A stretch of DNA of 64,000 nt, from the NCBI GenBank assembly GCA_051294375.1, contig CM119264.1:16713245-16777244 (forward strand). The letters are read 5' to 3'. Of the stretch, positions 48,562 to 62,100 are shown one piece after another. A program made the translations under genes and the position numbers. The stretch's first letter is position 1. Every line of letters starts with the position of its first letter. The stretch is from Paraspadella gotoi (Eukaryota > Animalia > Chaetognatha). The notes under the pieces were generated by a model. That model saw nothing but the letters and a program-made list of their open reading frames with translations. It did no database searches and was not told the DNA's origin.

Positions 48562-50259
48562 GCTGGCATCGCTTCCTCTGACGTCCTTGGCCGAAGTTGA
48601 AGGATGTGGAAAGAGGTGAGGATGAGCATAGGCGGCGTGAGTGAAAGGGTGGGCGTATGGGTGGGAGAAGGAGTGGGGATGAAAGTGAAGGGGAGGAGGG
48701 TGAGTTATGCCCTCCACGGGGTGAGAGGGCGTTCCAGGGGGTTTCTTCAGGTTGACCCACGCGTTGGCTGTTCGAGATAAGAGGAAAAGGAGCCGGGCGA
48801 GTACAGGGGAGAAGCGGGGAGAAGATAAGTTAAAGAGAGAGAATAGAGAAAGGAAATGAAACGGGTTATATCATGTATGAGAATAGGAAAAGAATCATGA
48901 GGGAGAAAGAGATTCAGTGGAAACGGGAAAGAGAAAGAGTTGAATATGAATGAAAGACGAGAGATTGGGGGGGCGAGAGAGAAAAATGATAATGGAGGAT
49001 GAATCGATCTTAGTAAATTAATCGCTCGGTTGGTCTTTTTTTTTTTCTAGTAGTAATAATTTACCGGTTACTTTTGTAAAATCTTTCGTTAGTTTTAAAT
49101 TACACGACAACGACAGATACGCCTTTTCCGAGCACGCGTAGGTATTAGATAATAAACATCAGCTTTTCTGTCAATATTCCCAGCAACGAGCCCGATTCGA
49201 CGCTCCTAAGTTTGCCTTGGAAAACATTTACAGCTTGATTTTTTTTTAAATGAGTTTTCCCTGAAATTTGAATTTCTTTAGGAGAAACTAAATGAATACT
49301 TTTTTACTCTCGCCAAAAAAAACACCAAAATCTTGTAAATATATGCGCTGAGGCCACAAGCTAATTTTGTAACAATTGATAAAATCATACAATACCAAGA
49401 TAGAAAAAAAAAGACTAAAAATGTTTTTCCATTAGATTTGAAATCGATATCCAGCGTCGCGTTCCTCGCCGTCGGAGAAGGAAAGAAAACAAATATTTTC
49501 ACTTCGAAATTCTCGTTTTTTCGCTTCGGAAATCCGCGGAGATTGTTTTCAGTTTTTTCTCCGATTTTGTGAGGCGAAGATAAGAGACGAGTCTTTGAAT
49601 CGCGTCTTGCGGAAACACGAAAACACTCTACGGTCGGCCGCTCTGTCTCTGTCTCAGTCTGTCTCTCCTCGTCTCCAAAAACATTATGCTGAAGCCTTAA
49701 CATCGACTCTGCATAAAGATCAAGGCTTTCAAGGATAAAAAAGGCACACAATTTTTTTTTCATTCAGAGAGAAACAAAATAACTCGATACGGATTAAAAT
49801 AATTTACATAAACTCATGCGTTTCCAAAATTATCCTTGTTGAAAATGCAGTTTCGCTGGTAACAACGCGGAATGGCTTTTATTCTCCTTGACGATTTCGC
49901 TCCACACACTGGCTCCCTTCACGCAAATAGAATAAAAAATTTATTATAAAGTTATAAAAAGAAAAAAAACTTTTCGCTGCCTCACAAATTTTACGAGATT
50001 CTCTCCCGTCGAAGGAAACGGTAGTCATTCTGCATTCACGTCACCCGCGAATCGTAATTCTCTATTCACTTCTCTTTAATGTCATCAACCAATCACCTTT
50101 CACGGTGTTAGTCGCGAGCCACCACCCTCTCAATTACCAATTCATTATTCATTCACTTTTCATTTGCGGACATTTATCAAATCTTCCGGTCGCGCGAATT
50201 TCCAACCGATAAAATCGCCACTCCTCCAATGCTATTCCTCGCTACTCCCTTTGACTTAC

Positions 50260-50419
50260 CCGATTTCTGCGGCTTCCGCTTCTGCAGCGCCGACGGGAGT
50301 TCGTTCGGCATCGCCATCACTCCCATTGTCTTCGCCAGCTCCGCCGCCAACTTCTTTGAAAACATGGAGGCCTCGCCTGACCCCGCCGAGCCCTTGTCGC
50401 GGCGTAGTAGCTTGTCCAT
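50260..50419 (-). CDS. Candidate alternative first coding exon of the Kv3 gene (MDKLLRRDKGSAGSGEASMFSKKLAAELAKTMGVMAMPNELPSALQKRKPQKS-G)
   Basis: GC-rich exon-like island, ATG at 50419, consensus phase-1 donor TCGG|gtaagt, 160 nt = 53 codons + 1. Confidence 0.6.
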
Positions 50420-53037
50420 GGTTAACGTCACTGCTTCGTCACCGTTGCTGTTTCATTCGGCATCTGTCCGCCTTTTAGGAAATCATCGCTAATCCATTAT
50501 TTGTGGTTCATCTTCTTCTTTTTTTATTTCGCTATTTTTTTATTTTTTTGGTTTTTAGTCTTTATTTTAGTTGAAAAACGGCAATCGATTATTTTTAAAT
50601 TTCAGTCATTCCACGTTTTAAAAACTGTTTCAGCTTTTTGCCTGCAGACGCGTTATCTTTTTATGCTTTGCCATGTTTTTTTCTAGTTTGATTTTGAGCT
50701 TGATTATGGAAAAATTTGTATATCCAACAGCCGAAAATATTTTCATTTTGAACGAAGGTTATGTAAATAAAATCTAAATTGCGAAATGTCTCGTTTTGCC
50801 CTAGAGGAGAGAGATTTAAAATGTGGATTAAATTTAAGCTCTCTTTTCCCAGAGTGCCCCCTTTTTGGACACATCTTAGCCTGAACACTTGAAGATAATT
50901 CCAAAGTTTTCAATTTTGTTAATTTTATTCACGGGTTTTTTAAATATCATAAGATTTTTTGTTTTTAAATTTGTCTTTTTCGACTCGCTTATGCGTGTGC
51001 AATAAGGTAGGACTAAGCTCTGACGAAAAAAGCCAGAGGTTTTTTTAATATATTCTTTTACCGGCCAATGTAGAATGATAGCAATATTGCTATTGTTAAG
51101 TTTCAAAAAAATCCGACCATAAATATAGAAAATATTAACCAAAATCTTCGGCAAATCCACCCCTTCTTTGGAAGATTTTCGCCATTTTTCCCCGAATCTG
51201 ACTCCCGGTTGAAAACTCTTAGAATTCCGATCGTTAGCTCCTATTTTACTTTAAATAAAAATTGTACCAAAATGGACTAATTCACTTTGCCATGATCGTA
51301 TCATATTAAAATAACCAAATAAAATGTAAAGAAAAATTTTGAAAGCCCTTCAGACATATGGCTATCGGATTCCTGAATTCAAAGTTTATTGTAAAATCAC
51401 AACATATGTTAAATGCATTTATATTGTATTGAAGTTGAGAAATCCCTTTTTTGTTATATATAAAAATTGCTCCAAAAATATTTTTCCGAGTGGACCAGTC
51501 CATTTGAATCTGATAGTTTGATGTCAAAATGATGGTTATTTGACAAGAGAAAAAAAATGCAAGGCCTTCAGATGTAACAATCTATTTTTTACCGGAATTT
51601 TTCTCAGGAGCATTTATATTGTTTGGTAGTCAGATTTGAACGAAAATCTCCATTGAAAAAATCTTCCTCGATCTCTAGAAACGACATCGGCTCCTAAATA
51701 AGGCGTAGTGAAAGTTGCATATCAAAATTCGAATAGTTAATCAGTCTTGGACTAAAGAACATTGATATATAAAAAACATTTTTTTAAATTTTTTAATTTT
51801 TGCATACGCCCATATTTTAAAAACTATGTTATTAAGAAGGTTAAAATTATAAAAAACTATATTTTTAAGCTGGAAATTAAAAATCGGTATCTTAAATATA
51901 GTTTTTTATATTTTTAACCAACTTATATCAACTTTCTAACTTGCAAAGAATCCAAATCCGATCTTAAAATTTAAAAATTTGCGATTTAAATTTTTAACCT
52001 ATTATATACCTATTAATATATATATAAATATAGCTTACTGGTACCCACTAATGTATAAAATTAAAAAATAAATTTACCAAAATATTTTTATTGGTTTTTA
52101 TTTTCATGTTTTATATGCTAAATTTTAATTTTCTAAAATTTTATCATTTTCACATCACTCTAGTGTGCAACCGAGCAAAATTTTCTTCATTTTTCTCATT
52201 ATTTTTTTAACTTACTACGCCCGTTACTCATCCTTTGTCACCGCTTTTCTTTCCTGTCTTACCTCCTTCATCATGCTCTCTGATCAAAGTCATGCGCGCT
52301 ACTTTTCTTCCTCTTCTCAGATTCAGTTTTTTTCTTCTTTCTCCTCTGACGATTAACGAGACGGGAAATGAGATCATCTTCGTTTTCATGTTTCCTCCCT
52401 TTCGACACGCCCATATGACCTTGGCACACTACGCTACACGGATAGAACTTTCGATACAAAGGCAGAAAATTCAAGGCTAAGCGGAAAGACGGGGGTGAAA
52501 GAACGCGTTTCACGAAAGGACGAGGAGAATCAAAGGTGGCGTAATTACTGTCCGGTCAAGCCGCGCTTCGATCAGCCAACGCGACGGATAATCATAGTGA
52601 AAACAAAGATATAATATGTACCGGTTCGCGCGCTCTTTTGAAAATATTTTTAAAAATTCATTTGAAGTAGTAAAATCTTTTTTTTTCTTAAAAATTAGCA
52701 TGAAAGTGAGAACATGTTTAAGGAACATATTTCCTATTACCGCTCTCGATAAATGACTCCAAAAAGTAGATTTTTGCAACTGCACCGCTAAACTGACCAA
52801 ATTGCTGCTGTTTTAGGATGCCAGTGATGATGTAACGTTATTTTAATATTCAATATTATATTGTTTGATATTTCATTAAACCTATTCCGGTACAAATTCT
52901 CATATCTCTGGAGCTTTTACAAATATAATTCGCCATAAAATTGTAAAATTTTTTCGGAAATTTTCCAACCTGTTTTGATAACAAACAAAACGTACAAATA
53001 ACTAAATTAATTATTGAATTGAGGGGTCCCCTTCCGG

Positions 53038-53255
53038 GGGTTACTTTTACTTTCGCCGACCAAAGTTAGGGAGGGGTTAGGGTTAAGGGTGGTTTAAAAG
53101 TGGTTTAAGGTTGGGGGTGGTTACTGGTTAAGGTTAAGAGGGCTCAGGGTTAAGATAATTTAGTAAAAATTTTTTTGCTTTTTTTTTAAATAAATATTTT
53201 TAAATAATTTTTCAAAAGATGCTAAAACTGCGTTCGGCGAAAGTAAAATTTAGCC
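53038..53255. mobile_element. MITE with telomere-like (GGTTAG/GGTTAA) interior
   Basis: Perfect 15-bp inverted core TTTTACTTTCGCCGA (53045-59)/TCGGCGAAAGTAAAA (53234-48), ends GG...CC; related ends near 55510, 55643, 56261-56287, 56653 and 58555. Confidence 0.75.
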
Positions 53256-54569
53256 AAATCCGGTTATAGAATTAAAGGCAAGGCCAAGCGGATTAAAACT
53301 CAGTCTTAATTTTTTCTCTGATGTATTGTTTCCATATGAGGTCAGTCCCAGATAACTTCCCTTTTAAAAACCTTGAATAAAATGACTCGTGGCGAAATAT
53401 TATAATATATACTTACAAAGAAATATTGAAACAAAGAATACGCTTGACGGCTTGTACATTGTAGGACGATGTAGATTTAATGAGGAAATGATTGAGAGAG
53501 AGAGAGAAAGATGGAGAGAGAGGGAGTAAGAGAGAGAGAAAGAGAGAGACGACGTGAAAAATTTATAGAAGGTCGAAGAAAGGCGGCTGATCTGTCAAAA
53601 GTGAGAATCGCGAGGAAAAAAAAAATCCATATCTTGACGTCATCCGTCAAAACTGCTGAAGCGCATTAATAGACATAGCTCTTTAAAATAGTCACATCCA
53701 ACATTACGAATGCGAAGAAACGATATGACAAAACAATGAGCGACTCGAAGAGGGCGATGGCGTGACAGGTGAGTGAACGACGATCGAGGAATTCGGTTAC
53801 CGCGTCTCTCTCTCTCTTTCTCTTACATCACGCGCGCGCGAATCTCTGGCATCCTCGACGCGCTCAGAAATGAAAACTTGCGCGAGAGACTGAACGCGTT
53901 TCAAAAATGGGATTTAGTGTTTTTTTAAATGAAGCGATAATAACTTAACATTAAATTGGTTCACATAAGTTTTGCGAAAGAACATGCCGTTTCCCCGAGA
54001 TACACGGATTTCAAATGGGAGTAAAATGAAAAGGGTTGTTATACCTCTTAACTGACTAACTGTGATTAATATTTGTTTATTTCATTAGTAAGAAAAGTCC
54101 CAAACTTTTATCAAGTTGCATCATCACTCCCCCTTCTCGTATTATCCGTTCGGCCATCAACATCAAAATTTACAACCTCCCATTAGGCTTAGCATTTTTT
54201 AAAGTTTCTGTATTGAAAATAGCTAATTAATTCTTTTTTTTTCTTCCTTTGTTGCAGACATTGCAGACAATGCAGAGGCCCCGAAAAGAAATTCTGAAAG
54301 TCAAATATTTTTCAAAATTCTTACTTACTACCTTATTCCATAATTGCAGATTATAAAATATACAAGATCCACCGTAACCGTAACACAGTAACCAATTTGA
54401 ATACAATTTTTATTAACATAGCGAAACAATCACTTGTCACGTTAATTTTTTGAGTATCCTCATAGGGTGGAGTGATGAAAAGATTGAGCGATGGAACAAT
54501 GTTTTTTTTGCTGCCTTTGTATATGTTATTTAAAAAAATTAGCCTTTTTTTAAAAAAAAGTTGTATAAC

Positions 54570-55263
54570 AAGTATCATAATTGAATTTTTTTATTAGTAA
54601 TATCCTTATAAAATCATAAAATTTCAAAATTAATGAAATTGGTACAACCATATAAAATTATATAATGGTACACCATAAAACTTGTACATAAATTATCATA
54701 ATAATAACGGAGACTATCTTGCCCCTGACTTTGGACAGGGCTTGGTGGTTTAGGCCTCCATCACTCTATTAAGGTAATGACATAGCAGGTCCCTGCAAGC
54801 TTTCATCAAGAACTCTTCTCACAGTCTCGTTTATGTCAGCTCCCAGAGTACCTGCTTCCCCTATCTAATCGAAGTGGAAAATATTTCAAGAAGATGTTTC
54901 AATTGTTATGAAAAGACCACTATGATTTTTTAATTTTAAGAACAGTTTCGGATTCGCCGGAAAAAACTGAAAAAACATTTGTAAAATATGTTATATGATA
55001 TTTTTAAGTTAAAGCTGCGAAAAATGACCAAAACGTTTTATCTTATAATAGTTTTTTATTACAAAGCATAAAAAAGTGGAGAATTTTACCTTTTTTTTTC
55101 CATTTTTGACGCTGAAGACATTGAAATTTTAAATAACATATTTTATATTTTTGATCTAACTTTATATTAAGAATCAGAATCTTTAATAAAAAATTTTAAA
55201 AAATTATTTTTATTTATGATTTTATAAGGATATTACTAAAAATATATTGTAATTGATGATACT
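54570..55263. mobile_element. Fold-back/MITE-like element
   Basis: Perfect 27-bp inverted repeat TTAGTAATATCCTTATAAAATCATAAA (54594-54620 / 55213-55239) with weaker outer symmetry; related motif near 57003. Confidence 0.65.
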
Positions 55264-55889
55264 GTTCCTCAAACAATATAAGCATATTTTTTGTACTCCT
55301 TAATCATACTATCTCACGTCTAAATATCTTTGTTCACTCAAATAAAATTTATGTTCCCCAGTGCTCCACTCTAATCCCTCATCCTATTGCAAGTTAAGAT
55401 CGCTTTTTCAAGTTTTCTGATTTTCGAATTATCGAAGTTCTTCTTTTCTGCTTTGAACTTCAATTTCTGTTATTCTAAGCAGATCTTATCAATTATAATT
55501 TTAGCATTATTTTACTTTCGCGACCGGTGTTATTGGAGGTTAAGGGTAATTAAGGATAAAAGGGTTTAAGATTAAGGTAATTATATAATATTTTTAAAGT
55601 TTTAAAAATTTAAATTTACAAATTTAAAACAATTTTGGTAAAATTTACTTTCCCCGACCGGGGTTTTGGCATCTTGAAAAACTAAAAAATATTAAANNNN
55701 NNNNNNTTAAAAAATACTAAAAACTAAATATTAAAAAAAAATTAAAAAACTAACAAAATTTAAAAAATACCGATTGTGATTTTGCTGTCGGTTATTTGTT
55801 TTTCGCTTCTTATGAACATATAAAAATCTCATTATAGAAAAATAAAAGAAAAGGACTATGGTGGACTAAAATCCACCAACCGTTCATCA

Positions 55890-56035
55890 GCGGCCATTGG
55901 TGCCGGAGGCAAGTCATTCGCTTCCCAACCCTAAGGTCCGGGGTTCTAGCCCGGTGGTCGCCTAGCAGTTAAGAGGGACGGGGCACTTAACCCGCCTGTA
56001 ACACTGTGTTAGCAATATGAAACATGTAAATCTAA
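55890..56035 (+). mobile_element. tRNA-derived SINE-like element (tRNA-like head 55890-55962)
   Basis: Acceptor stem GCGGCCA/TGGTCGC, A-box-like TGGTGCCGGAGG, B-box-like GGTTCTAGCCC within a CCGGG/CCCGG stem; anticodon arm unpaired, so not a functional tRNA; GC-rich body follows. 3' end approximate. Confidence 0.55.
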
Positions 56036-56893
56036 AAGAACTTGCTGATCAGAAGCTTTATTTAAATTTTTAATTTTTTATGGTTACACATTTTTACAAT
56101 TTCCAATGGTAAAAAACCGTGACGATGATGACGGCCACAGAAGCAGAAGCGAACCAACATCACGCTAAAACAGGCCTTGGAACGTCTGGCAAGATAAAAA
56201 AGAAATTAAAAAGAAATTATTATTACCTAATTACCCTCTTAACCTTAAACACCCCTTATCCCGGTCGGCAAAAGTAAAATTATGCCCATTTTTATTTAGC
56301 TCTCATTTTTAGTTTTCCCTGCCAGTCGCTACAGAAAAAAATTTCGCAATATTATAATTATTCCTCGAAAAGAATTATATCTTTTTTGCCGCACTTTTCT
56401 CTGCCGCGAGGAAGTGTTTGGCCTTGTGAATGTTTCATCAACTTCCGAGAATCGGCTCGTTTATCTCGCTTCGAGCCCGCGAGGGGAAACGCCGTTACCA
56501 AGGCGACGAGACGCCCGACAGCGTGATGCCCCATTTTGTTTGAACCGATTTATTTAGGAAAGGAAAAATCTGTCGATCATTTGATTAGGCGACGCCTCTT
56601 GTAGTCCACGAGTTATTAACCAAGCTAAATTATGTAAAGCGTTTCGAGCCCTGGCATAATTTATTTTCGCTGACTCGGTTAGGGGGCGTTTAGTGTTAAG
56701 GGTGATTTAGGGTTAGGGGTGATTAATAATAATAAAGCGTAGCAAAAATATTAAAATCAAGTAGATCAAAACTCGAATAGTAGATAGACAGATCATTGAA
56801 CAGGCTTGTACCTGTGAACATTTTTAAATAAAAAAAATGTTATTTTTTAATTTTCGCATACGTCCATAGTTATACATAGTACTCACTACTCAC

Positions 56894-57470
56894 TAAGGCG
56901 TAGTGAAAGTCAATTATGAACAACATACCATCAGTGAACATTAATTTGTAAAAAAAAATAATTTTATGTTTTTTAATTTTCGCAGTAGGCTATATTTATA
57001 TATAGTACTATCCTTATAAAATCGAAAAATTTCAAAATAAGCTTATCTTAATTTTGATTGCAGATTTGAATTCCTCGTCAAAAGTTGATAAAAGAAAATA
57101 TAAATCATTTTTAAAACTTCTTTCATTAAGTGGGTTAAAAATTAAGAAAATATATTTAATATATAAAAAGTTAATTTTCAGCTTAAAATATAGCTTTTTT
57201 TAATTTTTGAGCCACTTAATGAAGGAATTTTTCAAAAAGAGTTATATTTCTTTTTATGACGAATCCAAATCTGCAAAAAAATCTTAGAAAAAACTGTTTT
57301 GAAATTTTAACATTTATTGATTTAGTACTAGTATAAATATGGCCTACTGCGTAAATTGTAAAATTTATTATAAATTTTTTTATTACATAAATGTTCATTA
57401 ATATAATGTTGTTCGTTCCTCACTTTTAGAATTTTATTAAAGTTAAATTTAGAAATTTTACTACGCCTTA
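56894..57470. mobile_element. hAT-type MITE with 8-bp TSD, nested in an older copy of the same family (~56733-57912)
   Basis: TIRs TAAGGCGTAGT.../...ACTACGCCTTA, exact TSD CTACTCAC at 56886-93 and 57471-78; further family ends at ~51700 and 57912. Confidence 0.8.
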
Positions 57471-59166
57471 CTACTCACCATAGAAAATGTTAAAATTTTA
57501 AAATGGTTTTTTCCTTCTTTTGAAAGCAGATTCGAATTACTCACAAAAAATTGATAAAAGGAAATATAACTCTTTTTAAAAAAATATTTCATTAAATGGG
57601 TCAAAATCCTGAAAAACTGTTATAGTTAACCTATAGTTTAATTTTTGGCTAACTTAATGAAAGAATCTTTGATTAAGACTTATATTTTCTTTTATTAACT
57701 TTTAATTCGAATCTGCTTTCAAAACTAAAAAAAAAATATTTTTAAACTTTGATATTTTCTATATTAAGTACTATGTATAGTATGTATACTATGTATAAAT
57801 ATGGGCGAGGGCGTATGCGAAAATTGATAAAATTTTTTTTAAATTTTCTTTAAGACAAGACTGTTCATGAACAACTATTCGAATTTTGATCTGCAACTTT
57901 CACTACGCCTTAGTTTATTAAGTTTGGTGGGGAAAAAATCAAAAAATGATAAAAATATACTAATTAATTTGATATTTAATTTTATTGAGTTGTGAGCGAT
58001 TGAATCATTAAGCCAGAACAAAATCGTTGATATTTATTCAATAAATTATTATTAAATCAATAGAAGAAGTTTGAAATTGCTTTCAATTAAATCAATTAAA
58101 AAAGTAATATGAACAAGGTAAGTAGATAATTTAAAAAATAATGATTACTTCATTATAAAAGCTCTGGTGTTAAAAATATGCGGTAGTTTCTTACCGTCCT
58201 GAATCTAAAGAAAATATTTAAAACATTATTTAATCAATATTATAAAAAATATTTGATAAATATTAAAAAATATATAATTTAAATTTTTTTTTTAAAAAAT
58301 CACTGGAAAATTTTTTTTACCTATTGCTTTATGTAATAACTACAGGAGTTTGCTTTGTTCAATTTTTAAAATTTAGGTATCCTATAAAATGGTCCATACT
58401 TGTGCGCATATTCATTATAATGAATAAAAGTTTTTCGATCTGTTATAGGAGAAGTAAGCTTTTCTTAACAGACAGTACAATTGGGACACACTGCATGTCA
58501 TAAATTTTCATTTTTTTAAAAAAAATATTTATTTTTAAGTAGTTTAAAAACCCCAGTCGGTGAAAGTAAAAAATGTACCAAAATCTTTGACAAAGCACTG
58601 ATAGTTTCGAATCGAATCATACGTAGATATAAAATGATGCTGAATTTAAAATATGACTACCCTAACTTTTCCTTTTCTACTAAATTTCTACTAAATAAAT
58701 GGAATTGAGCATACATAACGTTATTAATAATCATTTGAAGAAGGCAGGAAGGAATAGCGAAAAAGACTATTAATAATTCGTATAAAAAACAATCATGCGA
58801 CCGTTTTGAATCACCTTTTAAAACGTTTCCTCAGCAAAAATGCCACGCTTTCGGATGATAATAAAGTCTTTTTTATCAAGCGACGAGGAATCATTAGGAA
58901 TTTTTAAATTTTCGTTTAGCATTATAGGCCAAAGAGATCGTGCAGAATTCAGTTTGGACCGAGACAAAACAGGCATTTCACTTATAAGGAATGATGCGTT
59001 TATTAAAGAGGAATGATCAGATCAGGGCATAAAAAAAATCACTTTTCTAAGTATTTCCTTCATATACAGATCGGTAACTTAAGCCTGAGCCAGCAGTCCG
59101 TTACACGAATTTTTTTAACGATTGTGAAGCAATATATCAAAGTTCTCCGCGTTGCTAAGGGAAACG

Positions 59167-62100
59167 CTAGTTACCAATTCCCTGGAGCAAAAACAACACT
59201 TCACGAACATGGGGCTCATTGGCATGGCCGGGAGTTGAAAAGTTTCTCTCCAGAGTTTTCGCAATACCCGAAAGCATCTAAGGAAAAAAAAATTTGAAGA
59301 TCGAGGTTGTCGGAACTGAAAAAAAAGAAATGCGACTCAAAAAATAAAAACTTACTTGCCAACACTGCCTGCATTTGTCATAACGTTCCTCTCTTTGGAT
59401 ATCTATGCCATTAGCTGGAGAAGGGGGGGCATTAAGGTTGTTTTTGATCACGTTTCCAAAATTCTTGAGGATCAGCTTGACTGACATCAAAGAGGTTGTC
59501 GCATACGACTGCATTAAAATTGAATTGGGCATAATCTCAAAAAACCGAATTTCAAATATAGCTCTTGAATTAATGAAGCAATGAACCTCGTATTTTGAGA
59601 GAAGTAATTGGTGCAGATGTGGTAAAAGAGTAGCTGACAAGGAGAGCGTCCATAAGGAAGATCTCAAGATCAAAATATTTAGAACGTCGATAAGGACAGC
59701 TTGATCCTAACAAAAAAGTGAAATTAATTTTCTAATTTTCAATGAAGCAAAAAAAATCCGACAAACCTGCATCGAGACGGCCGAATCGACCGCCGTCTTT
59801 ACTTCGCCGCCTGACCAGAGGGCGCGGATAATCTGCAAATTTCTGTGTCGATTCGTCAACACCGTCACCATCGCTGAGCAGCCCGTCATTATCGAAGAAA
59901 GAGCTTCACTTTCCGATGGTGGGGCGTTCTTAGGTCGGTACGCGCCTCCAAGTGAAGAAAAAAAATCTTAAAAGCATAAGGATCGTCGCAATCGCATAAG
60001 AAAAATCTGGATTGACGACAAATTTTGATACTAAAAAAAGTAAAATTTGAAGAAAAAAAAATTAATTTATAAACAGAAAGAAAAATTATATTTTGCGATT
60101 GTCAATTAAAAAAAATAATAAAGTACAGAGGAAAATTAAAGTTACAGTTTCTGAAAAAAAAACGAAGCTCTTGAAAAAAAAAATTTGAGAAAAGAAAATT
60201 AATTTATAAACAGATTGTCCATTGAAAAAAATAATAAAGAAGAAAGAAGAAAAGTAAAGTTACAGAAAAGAATGAGCCCCTGCAGAGCCAGCAGCAGATT
60301 CAGAAGGCAGCAGCAGAAGCAGCAGGAAAAAAAAGATAAAAAGAATTAGCCCCTGCAGAGCCAGCTGCAGACTCGTTTTTTTCACTTTATCTATGAATCA
60401 GTGATTAGAGAAAAGAGAGAGGGAGAGAGACATGTAATTAAAAGAGAAAAGAGAGAGAGAGAGAAAGAAATATAAAAATAAAAGAGAAAAAATTTGTTTG
60501 TTTTGATAAAACGTAAAGAAAACATATTTACTAACTGTCCAGACTCACTTTTAAGCACATCGATGATGAGAAGCTGTATATAAATTTTTAGCTTCATACA
60601 CCCAAATTTAATCATAAAAAAGGCGATCTATAATTTGGAACGCCGACAACGCCGACGACGACGCCACTTATGCACAAAAGCGTTACAATATCGTTGCAAA
60701 CGCTCAGCGATTGCGACAATAAAAAAGAATTAGGATAATCAGACAAGAGAAATAACTACCCCGTGAGCCAAATCCGATGAGACGAAAGAAACCACTGCCT
60801 TACTTTACTGAGTTTAGATAGACTTACTCAGATTTTTTTTTGTGCGTAAATTTTATTTAAATCAATTATGATTAATAACTTAAAATCAATTTTCTCACAA
60901 ATATGCTAAAATAGCCAAATAGTCGAATCGTATTTGTAAAAAATCGTGTGCGATGAACAATTTTGTATTAAGTTTTTAAGATACTGTTAAATATTGATAT
61001 TTTTTTGCTTACTATTAAGTCCATAAACCTTTGGGTGCCTGGGAGAATGATACTCCAGCGATGCCGATTTTTTTTACTGGTTTGGATAGCATTTTTAGAA
61101 TGTTTTTAAGCTTTAAGTTTTGAACTTTTCAAAAAGTCAATGATTTTTCTTTCAAAGATTTTTGTACTGTACAAATAATTAATTTTTCTTTCGTATCAGT
61201 CGATTAGGCTCACGGGGTAGCAATGCGTTTCAAGCCAGGAAGTAAAGATTCTGCTCACCTGGACAGACAGGCGACGAAGGGAGCTTGGCTTCGTCAGGTA
61301 AGGCTGGAAGATGCATACCAGCCGCCTCTGCGCCTTGCAAGGCTGCGGGTGGGAGATGCGAAAATGGAAAGGGAAGACCGCCGGGCAAGACATCGAGTTT
61401 GTGACGTCCGGCTACAGAAACGGGCGAGAGTTCGTCAAGGACGGAAGGCGGAATGAAAGGGGCGGGCGATTGATGAGCTTGAGGAAGGGGGGCAGGATTG
61501 AGCGAGTGGCGCTTGAAGCGGCTAACGAACTGTTTGAACTCGTCAGCGTTTGTGACGGTGACTTCGTTGGGCGACGACTTCTCTCCCACGGAGTGTCGGT
61601 TCTCCGCCTCAGCGCTTGAAGGCTTCTCCTCCCGAATTTCCGCCGCAGAGGAAGAGGATTCTGCACCAGTAAGAAACACTTTTAAATACTAAATAGCCAA
61701 AGGATTTTTTTTCAGCCACTTGGTTACATAATAATATGTCACCATGGTATAATGATAATGATATAATTATGGCAACGGGGGGACCACCCCATGTCACTGG
61801 CGTGTTTATGCCGACACCATCAGTCCATCACACTTTAACCAGCTATACGGGAGGCGAATTTAGGATTCGCCACATAATGATATTTAATGATGGTCACACT
61901 CACAGAATTTCGCTATTGTCCTTTCGGATTTCATGGGTTTAAATCTAAATTTTGTTACGGATATGCAACTGGTTTGACAATGCCAATTATATTAGCAATG
62001 TTTATGAGCTGCAGTCTGCTGGCAAATAGTTTTAGTAGTAAAATGTACTATATGTATCTAACATTATATGTTGAATAATAGCATACTAAATTTGTAATAT

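Noticed and set aside
55890-55962. Functional tRNA-Gly(CCC)
   Set aside because: Anticodon and D stems do not pair and the T loop is irregular; treated as a SINE head or pseudogene.
60040-60372. Short local direct repeats in a KATNB1 intron, considered as a CRISPR-like or regulatory array
   Set aside because: Only two copies each, A-rich, no spacer periodicity; eukaryotic context with no cas genes.
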